64,000 nt of DNA from Arenicellales bacterium. Lineage in GTDB: Bacteria > Pseudomonadota > Gammaproteobacteria > Arenicellales > JAANXG01. Each line of letters opens with the position of its first letter. Positions within the stretch are counted from its first letter, which is position 1. Below the pieces are notes generated by a model. That model was given only the letters and a program-made list of their open reading frames with translations, made no database searches and was not told the DNA's origin. A program made the position numbers and the translations under genes. The stretch covers positions 407 to 64,406 of the forward strand of contig JBAUWJ010000135.1 in the NCBI GenBank assembly GCA_049583715.1. The letters are read 5' to 3'. Of this stretch, positions 10,586 to 20,038 are shown piece after piece.

Positions 10586-13252
10586 ATGAGCGTCCGCAAC
10601 CTCGAATACCTGTTTCGCCCGCGATCCGTCGCGGTGGTGGGGGCGTCGAACCGGGCCGACAGCGTCGGCCGGGCCGTGATGCGCAACCTCCTCGGCGGCG
10701 GCTTCCCGGGAACGGTCATGCCCGTCAATCCCGGCCACAAGTCGGTGACCGGCGTGCTGGCCTACCCTGACGTCAGGCACCTGCCCGAACGGGCCGACCT
10801 CGCGGTCGTCTGCACTCCGCCCCGCACGGTGCCCCGCATCATCGCCGACCTCGGGGAGCACGGGACGCGAGCGGCGGTGGTGCTGAGCGCCGGGCTGCGA
10901 CAGGTCGTGATGGACGACGGCCGGAACGTCGAGGAGGCCATGCTCGACGCGGCCCGCCCGCACCTGCTTCGAATCCTCGGCGGAAACTGCCTGGGGGTGC
11001 TGGTCCCCGGTCTGGATCTGAACGCCAGCTTCTCCCATATCCCCGCGCTCCCCGGGCGGGTCGCCCTGATCCATCAGTCGGGCGCCCTGTGCACCGCGCT
11101 GCTCGACTGGGCCACGTCGAACGGGATCGGTTTCTCGCATTTCGTTTCCATCGGCGACAGCGCCGACATCGACTTCGGGGACGTCCTGGACTACCTCGCC
11201 AGCGAACCGTCGGCCCATTCGATCCTCATGTATGTCGAGGCCGTGACGGGAGCGCGCAAGTTCATGTCGGCAGCCCGGGCCGCCGCCCGCAACAAGCCGG
11301 TCATCCTCGTCAAGGCGGCCCGCGTACGGGAGGGAGCGCCGGCGACCGCGTCCCACACGGGCGCGATGATGAGCTCGGACGATGTCTACGATACCGCGAT
11401 CCGGCGGGCGGGGATGCTGCGGGTATTCAGCACCCGTGAGATGTTCGATGCGGTGGAAACCCTCGGGATCGGCCCCCGTATTACGGGCGAGCGCCTGGCC
11501 ATCGTCACCAATGGCGTCGGGCCCGGCGTCATCGCCACCGACGCCTTGATATTCGGCGGCGGCGCCCTCGCGCAGCTCGGCGCCGACACCGTGAAGCGCC
11601 TCGACGACGTTCTGCCACCGCTGTGGTCGCGCCGCAACCCCGTGGACCTGGCCGGAGACGCGGACGGCGAGCGCTACGCGAAAGCGCTGGAGATCCTGAT
11701 GGACGACGAGAAGGTTGGAACCGTCCTGGTGCTGCATGCGCCGACCGCCGTGGTCTCCAGCGACGAAGCCGTCCGCGGCGTGATCCGGGCCGGCGGCGGC
11801 AAGCGAAGGAACCGGATCATTGCAAGCTGGCTCGGCGGCGACACGGTCGCCAACGCCCGGCGTATGCTCACCGAGGCCGGCATCCCCAACTACGATACGC
11901 CCGACGAGGCAGTGCGGGCCTTCCTGCACATCGTGCGCTACCAACGCAATCAGGCGCTGTTGATGGAGACCCCCGTCTCGATCCCCGAAGACTTCGCGCC
12001 CGATACCGACAAAGCCCGCTCGATCATCGAGCGGGCGCTGGCCGACGGTCGCGACATGCTCACCGAGACCGAAGCCAAGGAGGTGCTCGCCGCTTACGGC
12101 GTGCCGGTCGTGGAGACGCGCGTCGCGTCCAGTCCCGAGCAGGCGTCCGAGGTGGCAGCGTCCATCGGCTTTCCGGTGGCCCTGAAAGTTCTTTCCGACA
12201 GGATCAGCCGCAAGTCGGAGGTCGGCGGCGTGGTGCTCGATCTCGACGGGGAGCGGGACGTGCTGCATGCCGCGCGCAACATGAGCGCCCGCGTGCGCCG
12301 GCTGCGGCCCGAGGTCCAGGACGCGGCCTTCAGCGTGCAGCCCATGGCGCGCCGGCCGGGCGCCTTCGAACTGATTGTCGGCGCCGCTGCGGATCCGGTA
12401 TTCGGGCCGGTCATCCTGTTCGGCGAAGGCGGCACGGCGGTGGAGCTGATCGACGACAAGGCGGTGGCGCTGCCGCCGCTCAACATGAAGCTCGCCATGG
12501 AGCTGGTGGGCTCCACCCGGGTCGCCCGGCGGCTCGGAGGCCACGCCGGCCGGCGGGGCGCGGACCTCGAGAAGATCGGCGGCGTGCTCATCCGGATATC
12601 GCAGCTCGTCGCGGACCTGCCCGAAGTCGCCGAGCTCGACATCAATCCCCTGCTGGCCGATGCAGACGGCGTTCTGGCGCTGGACGCTCGCATCCGCGTC
12701 GTGGCGACGGACCAGGCGGGGCCCGACCGGCTGGCCATCCGGCCCTATCCGAAGCAGCTCGAGGAGCACACGCGGATCGGGGACATGGACCTGTTGCTGC
12801 GCCCGATCAGACCCGAGGACGAGCCGACCCACAAGGCCTTCGTCGACAGCCTCGAGCCTCAGGATGTGCGCTTCAGGTTCTTCGGCATGGTCCGCTACTT
12901 CGCGCACGACCAGCTTGCCCGCTTTACCCAGATCGACTATGACCGCGAGATGGCGTTCATAGCCGTGGATACCGCGACACGGGAAACGCTTGGCGTCGTA
13001 CGCGCCGTCTCCGACCCGGACAACGTCACCGCCGAGTTCGCCATCATTGTCGGCTCACACCTGAAAGGCAAAGGGCTCGGCCACGCTCTGCTCTCCAAAA
13101 TGATCGCCTACTGCCGCAGCCGGGGCACCCGCTACCTCGTCGGCGAAGTGCTGGCCGAGAACGACCGCATGATCGCGCTCGCCAGGAAGCTGGGCTTCGC
13201 GATCTCGCCGGAGTCGACGGGGAAGGTCAAGAAGATGAACCTGCGGCTGTAG
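10586..13252 (+). CDS. pat: Pat/PatZ-type protein lysine acetyltransferase (NDP-forming acyl-CoA synthetase-like domain fused to a C-terminal GNAT)
   Basis: N-terminus LFRPRSVAVVGASNRADSVG (CoA-binding), a central ATP-grasp-like region, and a C-terminal GNAT (FAIIVGSHLKGKGLGHALLSKMIAYCRSRG). 888 aa. Starts 21 nt after the deacetylase stop. Confidence 0.9.
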   Translation: MSVRNLEYLFRPRSVAVVGASNRADSVGRAVMRNLLGGGFPGTVMPVNPGHKSVTGVLAYPDVRHLPERADLAVVCTPPRTVPRIIADLGEHGTRAAVVLSAGLRQVVMDDGRNVEEAMLDAARPHLLRILGGNCLGVLVPGLDLNASFSHIPALPGRVALIHQSGALCTALLDWATSNGIGFSHFVSIGDSADIDFGDVLDYLASEPSAHSILMYVEAVTGARKFMSAARAAARNKPVILVKAARVREGAPATASHTGAMMSSDDVYDTAIRRAGMLRVFSTREMFDAVETLGIGPRITGERLAIVTNGVGPGVIATDALIFGGGALAQLGADTVKRLDDVLPPLWSRRNPVDLAGDADGERYAKALEILMDDEKVGTVLVLHAPTAVVSSDEAVRGVIRAGGGKRRNRIIASWLGGDTVANARRMLTEAGIPNYDTPDEAVRAFLHIVRYQRNQALLMETPVSIPEDFAPDTDKARSIIERALADGRDMLTETEAKEVLAAYGVPVVETRVASSPEQASEVAASIGFPVALKVLSDRISRKSEVGGVVLDLDGERDVLHAARNMSARVRRLRPEVQDAAFSVQPMARRPGAFELIVGAAADPVFGPVILFGEGGTAVELIDDKAVALPPLNMKLAMELVGSTRVARRLGGHAGRRGADLEKIGGVLIRISQLVADLPEVAELDINPLLADADGVLALDARIRVVATDQAGPDRLAIRPYPKQLEEHTRIGDMDLLLRPIRPEDEPTHKAFVDSLEPQDVRFRFFGMVRYFAHDQLARFTQIDYDREMAFIAVDTATRETLGVVRAVSDPDNVTAEFAIIVGSHLKGKGLGHALLSKMIAYCRSRGTRYLVGEVLAENDRMIALARKLGFAISPESTGKVKKMNLRL

Positions 13253-13281
13253 CGGCCGTCGATACGGCGGCGCCGTGCCGT

Positions 13282-14529
13282 TCACACTCCTCCCTGGTGG
13301 TGGAGTGACCCTTCGCGCTTGAAGAACAGGAACCAAAGCAGCGTCAGCGCCTCCAGGACCAACAGCCCGGACAGCGCCACCCGGTAGCCCTCCGTCGAGA
13401 AGGTGTCGCCGCTCGACCAGTACTGGATGATGACGCCGATGCCCCACTGGAACAGGAATGCCCCGAGGAAGACGAGCACGTTGATGGCCGCATTGACACG
13501 GCCCGAGATCCGTTTCGGGAATCGCTGGGTCAGGGCGGCGTAGTACAGGATGCTGCCGGACCCGAAAAAGCCGAAGGCCACCCAGCATGCGAGCGGCGGA
13601 GCGTGGCTCTGCATCACCACCAGGACGATGATCGGCACCGACGCCGTAACCACGCAGGAGGTCGCGGTGGTGAATGGGGATACGCCCTTGCTGCCGAGAG
13701 AGGACGCCACGCTGCCCAGCACCACGAATCCCGCGATCATGGCGCCGGTCATCGCGGCCAGGACGTTCGCGGCCCCCGCCCGGTCCAGTCCGGCCACATC
13801 CTGCAGCCACGTCCCGGCCCACAGGCTGGTCACTGACAGAAAGGTCGCCTGAGAAACCACCGTCAGGGGAATGACGCGCAGGAACAACGGGCTCTTGAAC
13901 ACCGTGGCAAAGCCCTGAGCACTGCCTTGTTCATGGGGTCCGGCATGCGTGCTGCGATCCGGCACCATCGTGAACATGAAGACCGCCACGGCGATGCACG
14001 CCGCACCCAGAAGTTGAAACACGCCTTGCCATCCGAGCAACGGCAGGCTCATCTCCAACGGCCGCGTCCCGGTCAGTGCGCCGAGACCTCCGGCGGCCAT
14101 CTGCAGCCCGTTGATTCGCGGCAGCCGGTCGATCGGAAACCACTCCACATAGGCCTTGAAGGCCGCCATCAGACAAGCCGACACGCCGAGGCCGATCAGG
14201 GCCCGGCCGATGATCAGCCCGTTCACGCTCCTGGACAACGAGAATACGAACGCGCCGAGCGCCGCGACCAGCAACAAAGCCGACTCCACACGGCGAGGGC
14301 CGAAGCGGTCCAGCAGATAGCCGAGCGGCAGCTGGAACGACGCGAAGGCCAGGAAGTACGTGCTGGTCAGGAGCCCGAGCACGGAGCTGTCCAGCGCAAG
14401 GTCTGCACGAAGGTCGCCCGCGATGACGGCATTCACCACGCGAAAGAGGTAGGAAAGGAAATAGCCCAGCGCGAAAGGCAGATAGACCCTGAAGACGAGG
14501 GTCGCGGGTGAAGGCCGGTCGTCGTGCAT
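13282..14529 (-). CDS. MFS transporter
   Basis: 12 predicted hydrophobic segments. Includes the loop motif LPLGYLLDRFGPRRV (MFS motif A-like). Start taken at ATG 14529; an alternative start lies at 14592. Confidence 0.85.
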   Translation of the reverse strand: MHDDRPSPATLVFRVYLPFALGYFLSYLFRVVNAVIAGDLRADLALDSSVLGLLTSTYFLAFASFQLPLGYLLDRFGPRRVESALLLVAALGAFVFSLSRSVNGLIIGRALIGLGVSACLMAAFKAYVEWFPIDRLPRINGLQMAAGGLGALTGTRPLEMSLPLLGWQGVFQLLGAACIAVAVFMFTMVPDRSTHAGPHEQGSAQGFATVFKSPLFLRVIPLTVVSQATFLSVTSLWAGTWLQDVAGLDRAGAANVLAAMTGAMIAGFVVLGSVASSLGSKGVSPFTTATSCVVTASVPIIVLVVMQSHAPPLACWVAFGFFGSGSILYYAALTQRFPKRISGRVNAAINVLVFLGAFLFQWGIGVIIQYWSSGDTFSTEGYRVALSGLLVLEALTLLWFLFFKREGSLHHQGGV

Positions 14530-14625
14530 CGGCGAATGATTCACGAAGGGCAAAGGCTTTGCAAGCGAGGCCACCCTCGGCGGAGCGGGCACCGTTGTGT
14601 TATCGTTGCCTCACCTGAAACAGAA

Positions 14626-14653
14626 CTCCCTCTCCCGCCGGCGGGAGAGGGAG
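14626..14653. repeat. Perfect 28-bp palindrome CTCCCTCTCCCGCC/GGCGGGAGAGGGAG (CCCTCTCCC...GGGAGAGGG REP family)
   Basis: Read directly from the sequence. Sits between the divergent MFS and bolA genes. Related hairpins lie at 23692-23712 and 51125-51148. Confidence 0.6.
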
Positions 14654-14727
14654 TATCGGCAAGTGACCTTTTTACTTTGATGAATGATCCGACGCAGTCC
14701 CAGGTAAGGCCCGGAGCCAAATACCCC

Positions 14728-15054
14728 ATGCCCATGCAGTCGCAGCTCGAGAAGAAACTGAGCGAGTCCTTGAAACCCATGCATCTCGAAGTGGTCAACG
14801 AGAGCTACATGCACAACGTGCCCGAAGGCTCGGAGTCGCACTTCAAGGTCGTCGTCGTCTCGGAAGCTTTCGAGAACCAGCCGCGGGTCGCCCGCCACCG
14901 GATGGTGAACGAGGCCGTGGCCGAGGAGCTCGTGGCCGGCATCCATGCCTTCTCGGTCAATGCCATGACCCCCTCGGAGTGGTTCGATAAGGGCGGGCAG
15001 TCCATTCAGTCACCCCCCTGCCTGGGCGGCTCCAAGGCCGAGAAGACCCCCTGA
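14728..15054 (+). CDS. bolA: BolA family transcriptional regulator / Fe-S assembly factor
   Basis: LEVVNESYMHNVPEGSESHFKVVVVSEAF...RHRMVN...IHAFSVNAMTPSEW...SPPCLGG. Start is uncertain: ATGs at 14680, 14728 and 14734 are all in frame. Confidence 0.85.
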   Translation: MPMQSQLEKKLSESLKPMHLEVVNESYMHNVPEGSESHFKVVVVSEAFENQPRVARHRMVNEAVAEELVAGIHAFSVNAMTPSEWFDKGGQSIQSPPCLGGSKAEKTP

Positions 15055-15081
15055 TCGGTCTGTCGTATTCGCGAGCCACGC

Positions 15082-15190
15082 GTAGGTCGGGCTTCAGCCC
15101 GACAAACCCCCTTCAGTCGGAATAAATTCCGACCCACTTCGGATGTGGGGAGTGCCGCGGGCCATCGGGAACGGAGCGCGGCCGACCCAC
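15082..15190. repeat. REP cluster: GTAG-headed REP, GTGG-family 22-mer, and one inverted copy of the 53-nt module
   Basis: GTAGGTCGGGCTTCAGCCCGAC (15082-15103). GTCGGAATAAATTCCGACCCAC (15116-15137). The stretch 15133-15190 is the reverse complement of the unit repeated at 20088-20245. Confidence 0.75.
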
Positions 15191-15196
15191 AATCGT

Positions 15197-15997
15197 CTAC
15201 AGCCCCAGCAAGCCCCACAGCATGTGCAGTCCGAGCACCGTGACAAATACGGCGAAGACCCGCCGCAACGTCGTCTCGGATAAGCGATGCGCGAGGCGCG
15301 CGCCTAGCGGCGCCGCGGCGGTGCTGGCAGCGACGATGCCGGCGAAGGCCGGCAGCGAGACGTAGCCGAAGGTCCACGGCGGCAGACCCGGTTGATTCCA
15401 CCCGCCGACGATGTAGCCGACCGCGCCACCGAGAGCGATGGGCAGGCCAATCGCCGCCGAGGTGCCGATGGCGCGCTTGACCGGCACGCTGCACCAGGTG
15501 AGAAACGGGACGGTGAGGGACCCGCCGCCGATACCGAACAGCGCCGAGACGGTGCCGATAGACAGACCCGCGAGATTCATGCCGGCGGGGCCCGGAAGCT
15601 GCCTGTGCGCGTCGGTGATCGTGGTGCCGCGTGAGAACTGCGCCGCGACGCAGAACAGGAACACCACGAACATCCATTGCAAAGTACGGCTCGCGAGATG
15701 ATCGGCGATCGCCGCTCCCAGCAGCGTACCGACCACTATCGCCGGCGCCAGGCGACGGAATACTCCCATGTCGAGGCTCCCACGGCGGTAGTGCGCGGAG
15801 GCGGACGAGAGGGACGTGAAGACGATGGTGGAGAGCGAGGTGCCGATGGAGAGCTGCATGACGCTTTGCGGCGCGATGCCCTGCCGGTCGAACATGATCA
15901 CCAGCACCGGCACGATGATCGCGCCGCCGCCGATGCCGAGCAGGCCGGCCATGACGCCGGCCAGGCCGCCCATGATCAGCAGCTCGATGATATCCAA
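15197..15997 (-). CDS. TauE/SafE (TSUP) family sulfite/anion exporter
   Basis: Duplicated 4-TM halves carrying GLLGIGGGAIIVP and ALFGIGGGSLTVP motifs. Confidence 0.85.
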   Translation of the reverse strand: MDIIELLIMGGLAGVMAGLLGIGGGAIIVPVLVIMFDRQGIAPQSVMQLSIGTSLSTIVFTSLSSASAHYRRGSLDMGVFRRLAPAIVVGTLLGAAIADHLASRTLQWMFVVFLFCVAAQFSRGTTITDAHRQLPGPAGMNLAGLSIGTVSALFGIGGGSLTVPFLTWCSVPVKRAIGTSAAIGLPIALGGAVGYIVGGWNQPGLPPWTFGYVSLPAFAGIVAASTAAAPLGARLAHRLSETTLRRVFAVFVTVLGLHMLWGLLGL

Positions 15998-16063
15998 CTC
16001 GGCCTCAGCCCCGCCGGGTGCTCGATTCCTGCCGCAGACCGCCCTTCGATCCGTCGTCGGTAC

Positions 16064-16567
16064 TCATACCTCCGGCGACGCCGGCAGGGCGATCAGGTCG
16101 GTGACGCCGTAGTCCTTCCCCAACTGCGAAAGTGCGGCGGTGATCTGGCCGCGATGGTGGGTCTGATGGTTGAACAGGTGCGTGACGGCGATCCACAGGG
16201 GGCAGCTCTTCTGGGCCGGCCTGCTGATGCTCGTATAGTGCAGCTCGCCCGCCAGCTCCGCCTCGGTGAGGCCGGCGGTCCAGTCGAGAATGAGGCGGTC
16301 GGTCTCGGCCCGCGCACGGCGCAGCCCGTCGAAGTCGGAGAACAGCTCCTGGTCGAGGCCGGTGACTTCGAAAGGCTCCCCGAGGAAGCGGCCGAGCCAG
16401 ACCTTGTCCGCCAGGAGCAGGTGGTTCAAGCTCCCGTGGATGGAGCCGAAGAACAGGCCGCGGTCCGTCTTTCTTTCACTATCCGAAAGACCATCGCAGA
16501 CCTCGAAGAGCTTCTCGTTCATCCACACGTTGTAGCGAGCCAGGGTGATTGCCTGTTCGGGTCTCAT
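16064..16567 (-). CDS. DinB family metalloprotein
   Basis: ARYNVWMNEKL...GSIHGSLNHLLLADKVW...HLFNHQTHHRGQ (His triad). Start taken at ATG 16567, which has an upstream GAGG. Confidence 0.85.
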   Translation of the reverse strand: MRPEQAITLARYNVWMNEKLFEVCDGLSDSERKTDRGLFFGSIHGSLNHLLLADKVWLGRFLGEPFEVTGLDQELFSDFDGLRRARAETDRLILDWTAGLTEAELAGELHYTSISRPAQKSCPLWIAVTHLFNHQTHHRGQITAALSQLGKDYGVTDLIALPASPEV

Positions 16568-16706
16568 TGTTTCGCCTCTGTCTTCGGTTCGGGTATGTCT
16601 GTCTCGTGCCGGCGGGCCCGCCGGAGCTGCGCGCCCGCCCACCGTGCCCACCGACTACACTACAATAACGCGTCGAGAACGGCCACTCATCTCGAAGGGG
16701 GTGTCA

Positions 16707-17276
<570 letters not shown>

Positions 17277-17401
17277 TCGCGACGAAACCGGGATCGGCCG
17301 TCATACGGCTTCCTGTTGCTGGACTTCAACCTGAGTGCCTTGTCACAGTCGACGACGACATCACAGCCATATCCCTGATCGGGACGGCGGGGCGCGTCGT
17401 C

Positions 17402-17974
17402 CTATCTCTTCAAGGACTTATCCAGCTCGGCGATGGCGTCCTTCCAGCCGGGCTTGTTCGCATAGATCTCCTCGACGCTCATTCCTTCCACCTCATGAGG
17501 AAACACCAGCCACTTGTCGGTTTCGTGGATGTAGAAGTCTGGTGTCAGGTTCGTCCGGTTGCTGGCGGGCTTGTAGTACACGGTAGCGATGCGCACGTCG
17601 TGGGGCAGGTTTTTCCGGGACTTTGCCGCGAGCGCGCTCAGCACGGCCTCCAGGCTGTGGCCGCTGTCGAACACGTCGTCCACGATCAGCAGGGAATCCT
17701 CGGCATTCATTCGCTGGACCAGGTAGCTCAAGCCGTGCACGCGAACGGTCTTGCTCCGCTCTCCTATCCCGGTGTAGGACGAGGTCCTGATCGCGATATG
17801 GTCGGTGGAGACGCCGTAGTATTCGAGCAGCTCCTGGACCACGATTCCCACGGGGCTACCGCCGCGCCAGACGCCCGCCATGAAGTCCGGCCTGAAGCCG
17901 CTCTCGAGAATGCTGGCGCCGAGCCGCACTGAATCTTCGAGCAGCTCCTGGGCACCGATGTATTTCTTGTCCAA
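17402..17974 (-). CDS. Second purine-type phosphoribosyltransferase (xanthine/guanine PRTase-like)
   Basis: PRPP motif LLIVDDVFDSGHSL, plus GVWRGGSPVGIVVQE. Probable TTG start at 17974 preceded by GGGGGAG. That start avoids overlap with the LOG gene stop at 17994. Confidence 0.8.
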   Translation of the reverse strand: MDKKYIGAQELLEDSVRLGASILESGFRPDFMAGVWRGGSPVGIVVQELLEYYGVSTDHIAIRTSSYTGIGERSKTVRVHGLSYLVQRMNAEDSLLIVDDVFDSGHSLEAVLSALAAKSRKNLPHDVRIATVYYKPASNRTNLTPDFYIHETDKWLVFPHEVEGMSVEEIYANKPGWKDAIAELDKSLKR

Positions 17975-17993
17975 GACTGTCTCCCCCAGCCGG

Positions 17994-18539
17994 CTACTCC
18001 GCCGCCCGCTCCATTCTGTCGAGCAGCGCATCCGGGCTGGTGTCGATGATCGGAAGACAGCGGTCCCGCTTCGGCACGAACCCCTCGGCCACTATGTGGT
18101 CCAGGAGATTCGTCAGGGCATCGTAGAACCCGCCGCTGTTGAGCAAACCGCAGGGCTTGCTGTGGATCCCGAGCTGGTTCCACGTCAGGACCTCGAAGAA
18201 CTCTTCCAGCGTACCCAGGCCGCCCGGCAGGGCGATGAAACCGTCGGACAAGGCGCCCATCAGCGCCTTCCGCTCATGCATGGTTTTCACGACATGCAGC
18301 TCGGTGAGGCCGTCGTGGGATCGTTCCTTGTCTACCAGGCGCTCCGGTATAACCCCGATCACCTTGCCGCCCCGCTCCAGGGCTGCGTCGGCGAGGGACC
18401 CCATCACCCCGACGCTCGCCCCGCCGTAGACCACGGCGATCTTGCGACGACTGAGGACGGCCGCGAGCTCCTCCGCGGCTCGGCGATAGGCCGGGCTACG
18501 GCCGGGGCTGGACCCGCAGAATACGCATACTCTTCGCAT
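17994..18539 (-). CDS. LOG family (TIGR00730-type) nucleotide 5'-monophosphate nucleosidase
   Basis: VCVFCGSS, VVYGGASVGVMG and LPGGLGTLEEFFE motifs. 181 aa from ATG 18539. The upstream 500 codons of the track ORF are antisense to the glycerate kinase gene. Confidence 0.9.
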   Translation of the reverse strand: MRRVCVFCGSSPGRSPAYRRAAEELAAVLSRRKIAVVYGGASVGVMGSLADAALERGGKVIGVIPERLVDKERSHDGLTELHVVKTMHERKALMGALSDGFIALPGGLGTLEEFFEVLTWNQLGIHSKPCGLLNSGGFYDALTNLLDHIVAEGFVPKRDRCLPIIDTSPDALLDRMERAAE

Positions 18540-18743
18540 CGGTCCTGTGTACCACAAGAGCGGCGCGCGTGCATAACGCCTGTCTCGCACCGTCCGCGTG
18601 TGGCCGGGATCTCGCGGGCTCGAGGGGGCAGATACGCAAACGCGTCCGCGAACGGGCAAGTCCGCTCGCAACCCGGAGCGTGACGGGCCACCTGGAATCG
18701 CGTCACAATGCACCGGTACGGAACCTGAGCTCGTCCATCGCCC

Positions 18744-20003
18744 ATGCCGTCGCCTGTACAGCTTCTCGAGGAAATGTTCGACGCCGCCGTCGCGGCGGCA
18801 TCGCCGGCTTCGTGCCTGCCGCCCCACCTCCCCCCTGTTCCGCGGGGCCGCACCATCGTGGTGGGCGCCGGCAAGGCGGCGGCCAGCATGGCGCGGGTCG
18901 TGGAGGAACATTGGAAGGGACCGCTGCGCGGCCTGGTCGTGACCCGCTACGGCCATGGCCTGCCGCTCGAGAAGATCGAGGTCGTCGAAGCCGGCCATCC
19001 CCTGCCCGACGCCGCAGGCCGGCAGGCAGCGGCGCGCATGCTGGAGATGGTGTCCGGACTCGAGGAATCGGACCTCGTCCTGTGCCTGATCTCGGGGGGT
19101 GGGTCCGCGCTGCTGAGCCTTCCGGCGGCCGGTGTGTCCTTCGACGACAAGCAGGCAACCACCCGGACGCTGCTGCGGTGCGGCGCCAACATCAGGGAAA
19201 TCAATTGCGTGCGCAAGCACCTGTCGGCGATCAAGGGCGGCCGCCTGGCCGCGGCCTGCGTGCCCGCCCGGGTCGTGACGCTGATGATCTCCGACGTTCC
19301 GGGTGACGACCCATCGAGCATCGCATCCGGGCCGACGGTTCCCGACCCCACGACCCTCGCCGACGCCGTGGCGGTGCTGGACAAGTACGCCATCACGAAG
19401 CCCGCAGCGGTGATCCGCTATTTGAAGACGAGCGCCGGGGAGACCCCGAAGCCGGATGACCCAGCCTTCACCAACAGCCGCTACGTGATCGTCGCGCGGC
19501 CGCAGGATTCCCTGGAGGCCGCCGCGGGCGTCGCCCGAAGGCGAGGTTACGGGCCGCTGATTCTGGGAGACCTCGAGGGAGAGGCCCGCGATGTCGCCCT
19601 GGTCCACGCGGGAATCGCCCGCCAGGTATCGCGCTTCGGCCAGCCGACCCGCCCGCCGTGCGTCCTGCTCTCGGGGGGAGAGACCACTGTCACCGTGCAC
19701 GGCAACGGCCGCGGGGGGCGCAACGCCGAGTTCGCCCTGTCCCTGGCCCTGTCCCTGGACGGGCTTGCCGGCGTCTACGCGCTGGCGGCCGACACGGACG
19801 GCATCGACGGCACCGAGGACAACGCCGGGTGCGTGGTCGAGCCGGACACCCTGGCGAAAGCGGCGAAGGCCGGTGTCGACGCCGGGGCCTGCCTTGCAGA
19901 CAACGACGCCTACGGCTTCTTCAAGGCCGCGGGCAGCCTGATTGTGACGGGACCGACGCTTACCAACGTCAACGACTTCCGGGCGATACTGATCGAGGAC
20001 TGA
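18744..20003 (+). CDS. Glycerate 2-kinase (TtuD / hydroxypyruvate reductase-like; DUF4147 + MOFRL domains)
   Basis: VVGAGKAAASMA...VVEAGHPLPD...LISGGGSALL...LLSGGETTVTV...GGRNAEFALS...TGPTLTNVNDF. Confidence 0.85.
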   Translation: MPSPVQLLEEMFDAAVAAASPASCLPPHLPPVPRGRTIVVGAGKAAASMARVVEEHWKGPLRGLVVTRYGHGLPLEKIEVVEAGHPLPDAAGRQAAARMLEMVSGLEESDLVLCLISGGGSALLSLPAAGVSFDDKQATTRTLLRCGANIREINCVRKHLSAIKGGRLAAACVPARVVTLMISDVPGDDPSSIASGPTVPDPTTLADAVAVLDKYAITKPAAVIRYLKTSAGETPKPDDPAFTNSRYVIVARPQDSLEAAAGVARRRGYGPLILGDLEGEARDVALVHAGIARQVSRFGQPTRPPCVLLSGGETTVTVHGNGRGGRNAEFALSLALSLDGLAGVYALAADTDGIDGTEDNAGCVVEPDTLAKAAKAGVDAGACLADNDAYGFFKAAGSLIVTGPTLTNVNDFRAILIED

Positions 20004-20038
20004 CGGAAGGACCGGCCTTGCGGCCGGCGGTTGTTCCA

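Noticed and set aside
8600-12907. 1435-aa ORF on the minus strand, the longest ORF in the window
   Set aside because: It runs antisense across three well-supported plus-strand genes (EamA transporter, HDAC-family deacetylase, Pat). Its translation is R/G/H/D/P-rich and low in complexity, with no recognisable motif. Long stop-free antisense frames are an expected by-product of extreme GC3 bias.
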